Below, piece after piece: positions 29,674-40,600 of a stretch of DNA of 64,000 nucleotides. Under the pieces are notes generated by a model. The model saw only the letters and a program-made list of their open reading frames with translations. It was not told where the DNA came from and made no database searches. The position numbers were made by a program, and so were the translations under genes. Position 1 is the stretch's first letter. The number at the start of each line of letters is the position of its first letter. The DNA is from an uncultured delta proteobacterium (GTDB lineage Bacteria; Desulfobacterota; Binatia; UBA9968), in assembly GCA_963745035.1 (NCBI GenBank), contig CAVUVW010000013.1, forward strand, positions 576,001-640,000, written 5' to 3'.

Positions 29674-30328
29674 ATGCCGGCGGCGGTCGAGCCGGAACAA
29701 CCGCAATCGGCGCATTTGCATTTCGCGCCGCCGGCGGATTGGGAAGTCATGCCCGCCAGACCGTTCGACGAGGCCCTATTGAGCTCGTTGCAGTCACTGC
29801 TCTCTCTTGACGGCGGCCGCTACACGCAAGCCCTGGAGCGCTATGCGAGCGCCGTAAGTTCCGCTGGCGACGATCTGCGGATTCACAACGGACTGTACTT
29901 GACCAATCTCAAGCAGGGCTGTGGCGAGGCTGCCGCCGCGGCGTTCGGCAAATCGTCGAGTACGGCATGGCGAGAAACCGCTTCGCCATAAATTTTTTAT
30001 TCAAACCCGGGAGCGCAGTCTTTGCCGCGGAAAAGTCGACGAATGCCAATTACACGACGTGGTTGAATGAGATCGCGTGCCACGCGGCCCAGAGCAACGC
30101 CTGACTAGAAGTCGTCGGCCATACAAGCGGCTCCGGTCCCGAGCCCTTGAATGGAGGATCTCATTGCAGCGCGCCGAACACATAAGCCGCATCATCGCGC
30201 AGGGGCCAGGTTTCCGGGAAAATCTCGTCGGTACCGGCAACGACGATATGTCCGACTCGTTGGACCGCCGGGTGGCCTTCCGCGTCGTCTCCTGCATTCC
30301 AACGGACATGCGGACGGCACATCCTTAA
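29674..30328 (+). pseudogene. Decayed OmpA-domain protein
   Basis: Fragments in different frames: LRIHNGLYLTN, AFGK/IVEYG, FLFKPGS, WLNEIA, stop, LEVVGHTS.SGPEPLN, SLQRAE, RENLVGTGNDD.SD.LDRRV.F. Several frameshifts and an in-frame stop. Confidence 0.7.
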
Positions 30329-30437
30329 CCGGCTCCTCCAGCGCCAAACTTTCCCTTGACGGCGCGACCGTCGCGCAATAACTTCTCCGAGCAATCACCG
30401 GCTCATTCCGCGGCCGCAGGCGGCCGGAGGAGGCCTT

Positions 30438-31427
30438 ATGTTTTGCTCGCAAAGAATTGGGCCGTGTTTTCTAATCACTCTGCTCGCGCTGCTTTGGTTT
30501 CACCCACAGCTTAGTGCCGCCGATAAAATACGCATCAGCTACACCGCTCCGGGACCGCAACACGGGCTTCTCTGGCTTGGCGATACCGCCGGGCTGTTCA
30601 AGAAGAACAATCTTGATCTCGAGATTATTTACATGCCCGGAAATATTTCGGCGCCGTCATTGATGTCCGGGGAGATACAATTCGGGCAAATGACCGGCGC
30701 ATTGATGTCGCCGATTCGGCTACAGGGCGGCGACCCGGTCATGCTTGTCAGCGTGCAAGAGCTGCTCGATGACCGGCTGGTCGTGCGGCCGAACATCAAA
30801 GCGCCCGAGGATCTTAAGGGCAAGCGCATTGCGATCTCACGCTTCGGCGCCGCCTCGCACATGCGCGTGCTCAACATGCTCCCGCGCTACGGCTTGAGCG
30901 AAAGAGACGTGACGTTTCTACAAATCGGCGATACGCCGGCGCGGATCATCGCCATGATCGGCAATTCCGTCGACGCGTCGAGCTTCTCGCCACCGGATCA
31001 TCTCGCTGCGGTGCAAGCGGGCATGAGGATCCTTTTAAATATGGCCGAGCTGAATATTTTTTACCAGGGCACCGGGCTGGTGACGACGCAGCGCTTCATC
31101 GCCAAGAATCGCGACGTGGCGAGGCGCATGGTGAAAAGCTACGTCGAAGCGATTCATATCGTGAGGACGAATCCGGAAATGACCAAGCGAGCCTTCGTGA
31201 AGTACCGCAAAACCAAGGACGAGAAGCAACTGGAAGATGCCTATCAAACCCTGCGCGAGGTGGTGAAGCCCAAGCCTTATCCGAACATGGAGAGCTTCAA
31301 GACGATCTTTAAAGACGTGAGCGACCGCATGCCCGCTGCGAAAACAGCCGACCCGAAAGAATTCGTCGACGTTAGCTTTCTTCGGGAACTGGACAAGTCG
31401 GGATATATCGATGGGCTATACCGATGA
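30438..31427 (+). CDS. ABC transporter substrate-binding protein (NMT1/SsuA-like)
   Basis: Signal peptide, GLFKKNNLDLE, DLKGKRIAISRFG, FVD.SFL.EL..SG.I. Confidence 0.87.
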   Translation: MFCSQRIGPCFLITLLALLWFHPQLSAADKIRISYTAPGPQHGLLWLGDTAGLFKKNNLDLEIIYMPGNISAPSLMSGEIQFGQMTGALMSPIRLQGGDPVMLVSVQELLDDRLVVRPNIKAPEDLKGKRIAISRFGAASHMRVLNMLPRYGLSERDVTFLQIGDTPARIIAMIGNSVDASSFSPPDHLAAVQAGMRILLNMAELNIFYQGTGLVTTQRFIAKNRDVARRMVKSYVEAIHIVRTNPEMTKRAFVKYRKTKDEKQLEDAYQTLREVVKPKPYPNMESFKTIFKDVSDRMPAAKTADPKEFVDVSFLRELDKSGYIDGLYR

Positions 31428-31481
31428 GAGGCTGCTGGACGGACCTTACCGGATTGTTTTACCTCTAGATTTTCCACCCCA

Positions 31482-31536
31482 TGGAGTGGGGTGTAGTGGA
31501 GTGATGGTTATTCGGACCCATCACTCCAACACTCCA
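31482..31536. repeat. TGGAGT/ACTCCA palindromic element between convergent genes (same family as 18968-19022)
   Basis: Perfect 11-bp inverted repeat TGGAGTGATGG/CCATCACTCCA (31497-31528) plus extra units. Confidence 0.85.
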
Positions 31537-31546
31537 GTCTCTCTCC

Positions 31547-32593
31547 CTACTGCCCCAGCAGCTTTTTCATGCGCTCGATGATATCGGGCGGCTGGCTCAT
31601 CACATCTCTGACGATCTTTTCCAACTCTTCCCCGGGCACGGGATCGAGATCGAATTTGCGTTTGTCGAGCTCGGCGAGAAATTCTTTGTCTTCCATCGTC
31701 CTTTTAAACGCATCGCGCAGTATCTTCACACGATCGGCCGGCACGCCCGGCGTCGCCAGCATCGGTCTTCCCAACGCACCGGACGCGAGCATCACGCTGG
31801 CGAGACGGCGAGACGATTCCGGCGTTTTATATCGATCCATCAGCTCCCATAAAGTCTCGGTCTCCGGCAGCTTGCTGTCGCGTTTCTTGCCGGTTTGAAT
31901 GATGTTGCGGACAAAACCCTTCTTGCGCCAGGTGTGGTACGGCTCGCGCGATAGAAACGCTTCGATGGTGAAAGCCCGGCAATGAATCTCGCCTCTCTCT
32001 ACGGCGAGATCGATTTCCGGCCCGCCGGGATATCCCTGCACGAGATTGAATTTCGTGCCGATCACTTCTTCGAACAGCTTCGGCAAATAATAGGCGGAGT
32101 CCGAAGTCCCCTGCGCGCCGCAGCGCGGCGGCTCTTTGGCGTTGCGCACGTCTTCCATCGTTTTGTACGGCGTGTCGGCGCGCATGTACATCTGCGACTC
32201 GCCCTGCACCGGAGAGCCGATCCAGACGAACTTTGCCCAGTCGTATTGCGCCTCCTTGCGCCCGACGAGCTGGTCGAAATACAAAGTCGGCACAATTGAG
32301 CCGATCAGGCTCAAGCCGTCCGCTTTGGTCGTTTTGTAAACGTAATTTGCCGCGATCATGTGTCCGGCGCCGGGCATATTTTGCACGACGACATCCGGCC
32401 TTCCGGGTATGTGCTTGTTCATATGGGTCGCGAGAATCCGCCCCCATTGATCGTACAATGCCCCGGGCGTCGTGCCGATATAGACGGTAATGGTCTTGCC
32501 TTTGTAGAAATCGGATTGCGCCGCTACCGGAGCCACCCAAATCAATGCGCCTAATAATACGCCCCATGAAAACCAATTACTGGGAAATTTCAT
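31547..32593 (-). CDS. Bug/TctC-family substrate-binding protein, close paralog of 2987-4012
   Basis: Shares YDWAKF.WIGS, YMRAD.PYKT, EIDLAVERGE.HCRAFTI, SREPYHTWRKKGF with 2987-4012. Confidence 0.9.
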   Translation of the reverse strand: MKFPSNWFSWGVLLGALIWVAPVAAQSDFYKGKTITVYIGTTPGALYDQWGRILATHMNKHIPGRPDVVVQNMPGAGHMIAANYVYKTTKADGLSLIGSIVPTLYFDQLVGRKEAQYDWAKFVWIGSPVQGESQMYMRADTPYKTMEDVRNAKEPPRCGAQGTSDSAYYLPKLFEEVIGTKFNLVQGYPGGPEIDLAVERGEIHCRAFTIEAFLSREPYHTWRKKGFVRNIIQTGKKRDSKLPETETLWELMDRYKTPESSRRLASVMLASGALGRPMLATPGVPADRVKILRDAFKRTMEDKEFLAELDKRKFDLDPVPGEELEKIVRDVMSQPPDIIERMKKLLGQ

Positions 32594-32774
32594 AGTCTCT
32601 CCTCGCACGAAGTTGATGGATAATTTCGTATCGCACGGAGCTGGCGACCGTCAAGCACCTCATCAGGGATTCCCATAAGCGAGGACGCATTGATCCGTCG
32701 CGCTCCGACAGCTCGGATCGACGTGAATGACTCTCACGAGCCGAAAGTGAAAACACGATTTGTTCCGAACGGCG

Positions 32775-33215
32775 CTAACGCGCAAGCAAGCTGTCGATCG
32801 ACAGCGCGCCCGCTCCGCCAAACACCAGCGCGACCGCCATCAGGAACAACGCAAGTGTGTATTCGATGCCGCTGCCCCTGCCTGGACCCTGGGCAAGGAA
32901 GAAGCCGTTGCTCCAGTGGCTCAGGAACAACGCAAAGGCGATAAAAACCGCCAGGCAAAACGCCACCGGCCTGACCAAGAAACCGAGAGTGAACGAGACT
33001 ACGGCCATTAGTTCGATGACCAGAGCGAAAACTCCCATCGCTACGGGAATATGATACTTATCCCGCCAGTTGGCGACTTGGGCTTTAGGCCCTTTGCCGC
33101 CGTGCCAGCCGAACGCGTGCTGCGTGCCGTGCATAAAAAAAGTCAGCGCGAGACCGAATCGCAGGAAGACGTAGGAAAACGAGTCGTCCGTTTGAAATAG
33201 CCAATCCACTTTCAC
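32775..33215 (-). CDS. DoxX family membrane protein
   Basis: LR..L...F..HG.Q..FGW.GG.G, H...GFF, GIEY, GAGALSID. Confidence 0.88.
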   Translation of the reverse strand: MKVDWLFQTDDSFSYVFLRFGLALTFFMHGTQHAFGWHGGKGPKAQVANWRDKYHIPVAMGVFALVIELMAVVSFTLGFLVRPVAFCLAVFIAFALFLSHWSNGFFLAQGPGRGSGIEYTLALFLMAVALVFGGAGALSIDSLLAR

Positions 33216-33490
33216 CTCCCAAAGCCCGCGATGATCCTCGCGCGCCGAATTTTCGCAACAAGTATCACGCGTCCCAGTCCGGCGGCAAGCAGCGCTCAGA
33301 CGATCTCAGGGCCCGTAGGCGCTTGGCTTCGCGAATAGAGACGATTCCGGTCGGCCGGCGTATTCAGATAAATCCGCCGCCATGGACAAGCAATCCACAG
33401 AGGAAAGGGATCGCGAGTCTGTAGCTTTCTGAGTTGATGCGCCTTAAATGAATTTTGGCGCACGGCCTCAGTTGGGATCAGGGCAACATT

Positions 33491-33512
33491 TGAATCTGTA
33501 AACTCAGATTCA
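33491..33512. promoter_or_regulatory. Perfect 8-bp inverted repeat (operator or hairpin)
   Basis: TGAATCTG-TAAACT-CAGATTCA. Confidence 0.45.
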
Positions 33513-33683
33513 GCGCAGCGTGAAGTAGAAAAAAAAGGAGCCAGGGAAAAGAAGAAAGGGGGCGAGGAGAGAAGTGGAGGGACAACTGCGGAGAGTTCTT
33601 ACCGGGGAAATCCGAGTGCTAGGAGAGGTCACGCAACGATGGAACTCGAAGAGCCGGCAGGAAGGCCAGTGGATTGGGAAGGA

Positions 33684-34634
33684 TCAAAAAGCCGGGATTC
33701 TTTTAGCGCGCATGGACTCGATCGTCATTCTTAAGCCCTGTTCGACCTGGATATGGGGGCTGTAGCCAAGAATGCGGTTCGCCAAGGAAATATCAGCCAA
33801 TGAGTGCCGCACATCGCCCGGTTTCGCCGCGACGTGATTCACGATGGCCGCGACGCTCAACATACGCTCGAGCAATCGCACGAGATCGTTTAGGCTGATG
33901 CGCTCACCGCAGCCTATATTGAGGCAAGTTCCGGCGGCATGTCCCGACTGCATGGCCAACAGATTCGCCTCGACTACGTTTTCCACATAGGTAAAATCGC
34001 GCGATTGTTCGCCGTTCCCGTAGATCGTGATGGGTTGTCCTGCCAAAAGCGCGCTTATGAATTTCGGTATGACAGCAGAATACTCTGAATAGGGATCTTG
34101 ATCAGGTCCAAAGACGTTGAAATATCTCAAACTGACCGTCTCCAATCCATAAAGATCTTGATACAGTTTGCAGTAACGCTCACCGACCAACTTTTGCAAG
34201 GCATAGGGGGAAAGCGGATTCCAACACATCGCCTCGGTCTTCGGAAGAACCTCCGTATCCCCGTATGCAGAGGACGAAGCTGCGTAGACAAACCGACGAA
34301 CCGCGGCCCTTCGGCAGCTCTCCAAAAGGTTCAGCGTCGCCGTCACATTCGCGCGGTTCGTTCCGGTCGGATCGAGCACGGATCGCTGCACGGACGGAAT
34401 TGCGGCTTGATGGAAAACGCAATGGATGCCGTTGACCACCGCGTCGCAAAACAAAGGATCCGACAAGTCTCCGTTGATGAACTCTATGGAGCCGCGCAGG
34501 TCCTCCAGGCGAGCCAGTTGACCGGTGGAAATATTATCCACGACCCGAACCGTGGCGCCTTCTCTGACCAGGCGTCGTACAAGGTGAGAGCCTATAAACC
34601 CGGCGCCGCCAGTCACTAAGTAGCGATCAGACAT
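33684..34634 (-). CDS. NAD-dependent nucleotide-sugar epimerase/dehydratase (UDP-hexose/HexNAc 4-epimerase-like)
   Basis: VTGGAGFIGSH, HQAA.PSV.RS, SSSAYG, YALQK, LRYFNVFGP, RDFTYV. Confidence 0.93.
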   Translation of the reverse strand: MSDRYLVTGGAGFIGSHLVRRLVREGATVRVVDNISTGQLARLEDLRGSIEFINGDLSDPLFCDAVVNGIHCVFHQAAIPSVQRSVLDPTGTNRANVTATLNLLESCRRAAVRRFVYAASSSAYGDTEVLPKTEAMCWNPLSPYALQKLVGERYCKLYQDLYGLETVSLRYFNVFGPDQDPYSEYSAVIPKFISALLAGQPITIYGNGEQSRDFTYVENVVEANLLAMQSGHAAGTCLNIGCGERISLNDLVRLLERMLSVAAIVNHVAAKPGDVRHSLADISLANRILGYSPHIQVEQGLRMTIESMRAKRIPAF

Positions 34635-34640
34635 TGAAGC

Positions 34641-37600
34641 TTAGAAAACGCGAGACAGGCTGACCAGAGAATTTAGAGGCTCGCTGGTTTCGCTATCGAG
34701 CGCTCGGATGTCTTGGACGCATACAGGCGGCGCCCCGTTGTTGTTCAGCTCAACCTCACGTAAACATTCATTGAGACATTCGGCAACATCCCTGATATGT
34801 CCCTCGTGAAACATAGTTAAATGATCGCCGGGGACTTCGTGAATTTCCAATCCGCCGGTAAACATTCCCGTCCAACCACGGGTCGGATCATCGTCATAGC
34901 CCGCCTTCGGCTCTCGAGAACGCAATAGAACGCCGCGGCCTGTGTGTATTTCCGCGGCATGGTTCCGAAATGCAAAATCATAAGCCCAGGTCAGATTTGA
35001 AGCTGTCACGGCGACCGGAGTGCCGAGGAAAAAAGACCTATGGAAAATGCTCCACCAAATGCGTCGGAGCGGCAGAGATGCGAAGCTCGACGCTCTTTTA
35101 ATTGCAAAAGCGGCATACCTTAGCCGTCCCTGTAACCTTGGTTTTTTAAACGCCCTCCAGTGAGCCCGTAACCGTTGGAAAAGCGCGAGACTTCTTGACC
35201 GCGGGCCGTACGTGTCGAGCAAGGCGAGCAAGCCGATTTTTTCGCCCTCAGAATGGAGCAGTTGCGCCATCTCGAATGCAATCGTACCTCCGGATGAATA
35301 CCCGATAAGATGATAGGGTCCCTTTGGCTGAACCGTGCGAATGGCCTGAACGTAATTTGTCGCCATTTCTTTCAGAGTAACCGGCATAATCTCTTTTTCA
35401 AACATTCCCGAGAACGAAAGTCCATAGACGGGATATTGGGCATCGAGGTAGGAGACAAAGCCATATTCCACGCCAATGGTAAACACGGGCGGCTTGGATC
35501 CAGCGGATCTAACTTCAACCAGGCAGTTTCTTGGCGGAATCCAGCCCTCCGCGCGAATGACGTCCGCAAGTCGTTCGACCGTGGGAGCAGAAAAGATCGC
35601 GGTAATTGGAAGATCCACTCCTAAATGTCGCTTGATTTCCGCAACTACCCTGACTGTATTCAGTGAGTGCCCGCCCAACCCGAAGAAATTGTCCATTACA
35701 CTTACGCGACGGACATTTAAGACAGACTGCCAAATCTGGGCGAGTTGAAATTCGAGCCGATCACGGGGCGCGACAAAAGTCTTCGGCGAATCGCACTCGT
35801 CCGGACCGGGCAGCGGCAGCGCCTGGCGATTCACCTTGCCGCCGGGAGCGACAGGCAAGCCTTCAAGGAAAACAAACGCTGAAGGCACCATATAATCCGG
35901 GAGTTTTCGCGCAAGAAAGTTTCGCAGCTCACCGCGATCGCAGGCGACATTCGGATGAGTGACCAGATAGGCAACGAGCCGCATATCTTCCGGCGCGTAC
36001 TCCCTTCCGATCACAAGCACCTGCCTCACGTCCGGGTGCTCCATCAGATTTGCTTCGATTTCTCCCGGTTCGATTCGATGTCCGCGAATCTTTAGCTGCT
36101 GATCAATTCTCCCCAGGCATTCTATCGTTCCGTCGCCGAGGTGCCTGGCCCAATCCCCAGTCTTGAACAATCTTTCTCCGGAATCGCCGCTGTACGGATT
36201 CGGAACAAATCTTTGAGTCGTCAGCTCCGGACGTTTCAGGTAGCCCCGCGCAACCCCGTGTCCGCCGATACAAAGCTCGCCCGGTATACCCACCGGAACC
36301 GGCTGCATGTTGGCGTCGACGATATAGACCTGCGTATTGGCGATCGGTACCCCGATGGATATGACCCCGCAGTTCGCTGCGACTTGGCCGGCCGTGGACC
36401 ATACCGTCGTTTCCGTCGGCCCATAGAGATTCCAAACCGTGTTGCCGCCCTCGAGCAAGCTGTTGGCGAGATCTAAACTCAATGATTCGCCGCCACATAA
36501 CACTTTGAACCCTTTCGTACCTTTCCAGCCGGCCTCCACGAGCATCCGCCACGTTGTGGGTGTCGCCTGCATCATCGTCGCGCCCGAGGATTCGATCTGC
36601 CGCGCGAGCCTGCTGCCGTCGGCCGCCGCTTCTCTGGTGGTGACCACAACCCGTGCGCCGACACTCAGAGGCAGAAAAATCTCGAGCGCCGCGATATCGA
36701 AGGATATGGTGGTCACGGATAGCAAGACATCCGTCTCCGATATGCCGGGATTGTTCCTCATGGAATGGAGAAAATTGGCGAGCGAGCGATGTTCGATCTC
36801 GACGCCCTTGGGCTTGCCGGTCGATCCCGACGTGTAGATGACGTAGGCGAGCGAGCTCGGAGGCGGTGCGAGGTAGCTTTCTGCGGACTCGGAACTTACC
36901 GCGCTTGCCAGGCTGTCCAAGCAGAGCGTGAGTTGCCCATTGTCCGGCAAGCGTTCTAAAAGCCTTTCCTGGGTGAGCAGGATCCGCAGCCCGCTGTCCT
37001 CGAGCATAAATTGAATCCGCTCCTGAGGATAGCCGGGATCGATGGGCACATAAGCCCCGCCCGCCTTGAGCACTCCCAAAAGACCGGCAATGAGCTCGAT
37101 CGATCGCTCCGTGCACAAACCTACGAGAACACCGGGTTTGACCCCCATCGCTCGCAACCGGCAAGCGATTTGGTCGGTGCGCCGATTGAGTTCAGCGTAC
37201 GTGAGCTGCTGCTCTCCAAACACAACCGCGATGGAGTCCGGAGTTCTCCGCGCCTGCTCCTCGAATAATTCATGGACGCACTTTTGCGGAAACGCCGAGC
37301 CGGTGCTGTTCCACTGGCGCAGTAGCTGATTTTTCTCGCCCTCGGACAATATCGGAATTGTGGCAATCGAGTCGTTCGGATTCCCCGCCACGGCCTCGAG
37401 CAGCCGGTGATAGTGCCGCAGCATGCGCTTGACGGTCTCCGGCTTATAGAGGTCGGTGTTATAACTGATCAGGATCTTGCGCGTTACTTGCGGATCGACG
37501 GTGACGCCGATATCGAATTGCGACGCCGATTGATCGATCTCGAACGGCATCCAGGAGAGACCCTGCAAGTCGATCTTCTCCGCGGAGATGCTTTGAAAAT

Positions 37601-40600
37601 TGAAGAGCACCTGGATGAGCGGCGAGCGGCTCGGATCGCGACCAGACTCCATTTCCTTGACGACCGTTTCGAACGGCACATCGCCGTGGTCAAAGGCATC
37701 GAGCACAGTGTCACGCATTCGTCTTAGAACACGCCGAAAAGAGAGATCGCCCGAAAAGTCCGTGCGCAGCACCAGAATATTGATGAAGGTTCCAATCACA
37801 CTTTCCCATTCGAGCCGGTTTCGATTGGCAACAGGGGTGCCGATGCCAATGTCCCGTTGTCCCGAATACCGATGCAGCAGCGCCTTAAACGCGGCCAGAA
37901 AGAGCATGTATAACGTCGCATTCTCCTGCGCGGCTTGCTTCCTCAGATTTTCTACCAACTCGGCGGAGAGAGTCAGCGACTCGTAGCTTCCTCGGAAGGT
38001 TTGGATCGACGGCCGGGGATAATCCGTGGGGAGAGCCAGAGGTTGTAGGCCGGCGAGTTGCTTCTTCCAGTAGGCCAGTTGAGCATCTATCCGCCTTCCC
38101 GTGAGCCACTGATCTTGCCACATCGTGAAATCCCCGTACTGCGTCTGTGTTCCGTTCACGGCCAACGAGGACGATTCACAAAATCCGTTATAGAGCGAAC
38201 TCAGCTCGCGCGCGATAACGCCCAAAGACCATTGATCGGAAATCACGTGGTGCATATTCAGGAGCAAGACGTGGTCTTCTTCGGACAGGTGAAGCAATAA
38301 CACTCGTATTAAAGCGCCGTTTTCGAGGTCAAACGGACGACGCGCCTCGTCGCTCAAGAGTTGCTTTGCCGCGCTCAAACGATCCCCTTCGGGCATATTC
38401 CCAAGATCGATTTCCGGCATGTCCAACGTCAGCGTCGGCGAGATGGTCTGAACCGGCTCCCCTCCCCTGCTTGTGAAATTTGCTCGCAGGGATTCATGCC
38501 GCCGGATCAATTCCTCCAAGCTCCGATTCAGCGTTTCTTTGCGGAGCTGCCCGGCAAAACGGATGGGCACGGCGATATTGTACGCTGCGCTTTGCGGCGC
38601 GAGCTGATGCATGTACCAAATGCGCGCTTGCGATTGTGAAACGGGCGCTTCGTTTCCGCGCGACGAAAATGAAATGGGAGCTATCTCGGCGGCCGGCTCC
38701 TTCGACTGCAATGCCTCGTCGACACGCTCGGCAAACTGCGCCAAAACCGGCGCTTCAAAGATCACTCGCAGGGGAATCTCGATGGCCCATTCTTTACGAA
38801 CTCGAGACACGAGTTGAGCGGCAAGCAGAGACTGCCCGCCAAGTTCAAAAAAATGATCGCGCCTGCTTACGGCGTCCACGCCCAACAGCCGCATCCATAG
38901 ATCTGCGATGCGAATTTCCGTCGACGTCTCCGGAGCCTCGATCGGTCGGCCCGCCAAAGCCGAACACTTATCCGGATTGGGCAAAGCACGGCGGTCCACC
39001 TTGCCGCCGTGGGTTCGAGGCAAGGAATCCAGCGCCAGAATCGTCGTCGGCACCATGTATTCAGGGAGCTTCTTATTTACAAAATTCTTCACTTCCGTCA
39101 CGTTCAGCATGGCGCCTTGCTTGGGCACGAGATAAGCTACCAGTTGGTGGCGGGCGGAGTCGCCGTTCTGTGTCACCGTTGCGTCCTGGACCAGTGGATG
39201 CGCTTTGAGAACGACTTCGATTCCGTCGAGCTCTACACGAAAGCCTCGTATTTTTACTTGCCGGTCGAATCTCCCGAGGTACTCGAGGTTGCCATCGTCC
39301 CGCCAGCGAACCAGATCCCCGGTTCTGAATAAGCGGGAATTGGCGTCTTCTGCAAAGGGGTTGCGAATGAATTTGTCGGCCGTCAATACCGGTTGTTTCA
39401 CGTATCCGCGAGCAACCCCCGCGCCGCCGATGTACAATTCTCCGGGGACTCCGGTCGGCACCGGCGCCAAACTCGAGTCCAGCACATACGTTTGCGCATG
39501 GGGCAGAGGCGCGCCGATGGGAACCTCTTGGGAAGCAGCCCTCTTTGTAGGATAGTCGGTCAAGTCATAGACGGTCGCAGTGACCGTGGTTTCGGTAGGT
39601 CCATAGGTGTTGAGTAATTTCAGCGTCGGTCTGACACACGACTGCCATAATGCGACTCGCTCGGCATTGGCTTTTTCCCCGCCGATGATGACCAGGCGTA
39701 CCGAACCGGGCACCGCCAGGTGATCTGCAAACATATCGGCCACGAGGTCATGCCAATAGGCAGTCGGCAGATCGAGGATGGTGACGCCGTAATCCGCGCA
39801 CCCATCGAGGAAGTTCTTGGCCGACTCCAGCATGGCGTCGGTTCGGAGAACAAGCGTGGCGCCGCGCATCAAACAAGGAAAAATCTCTTCCACCGAAGTG
39901 TCGAAGGCGGCGGAAGCGAACTGAAGGACCCGGTCCTCGTGAACTAGTCCAAACACCCGTGCTGCCTGAGCGGCAAAATTCATCAAATTCTTGTGCGTAA
40001 TCTCGACGCCCTTGGGAGCTCCGGTCGACCCGGACGTATAGATCACATACGCGAGATCATCTCCGGAAACTCCTGAGTCGATGTTCTCCACACTCTCGCC
40101 GCTGATCGCCGGCTCCGAGGGGTCCAGTGCAATCGCCTCGGGGCCGTCTAGCGGTATGCGGCTCAACAGCTGCCCATGCGTGAGCACTATCGAAGCTCCC
40201 GCATTCGTCAAAATGAATTTCACCCATTCTCTCGAATAGTCTGGATGAATCGGGACATAAGCCGCCCCTGCTTTGAGAATGCCCAACTGGCCGACAATCA
40301 TTTCCAGCGAGCGCTCGACATACAGCCCAACCAGCGTCTTCGGTCCGACCCCGCGTTTTCGTAAATGGTGTGCCACTTGATTGGCGCGACGATTCAACTC
40401 TCCGTAAGACAGCCGCTCGTCGTTGAACACGACGGCGACTGCATCGGGTCGCGTCTTGGCTTGCTCTTCGATCAAGTAGTGAATACAGCGCTCGTCGAGG
40501 GCTTCAGCTTTCGGCCTGCTCGTCTCCAGAATCTGCTTGACCTCCTCCGACGAGGTTAGGCTCAAAAGGGCCAGCGGGCGAGCCGGATCAGTCAGATACG

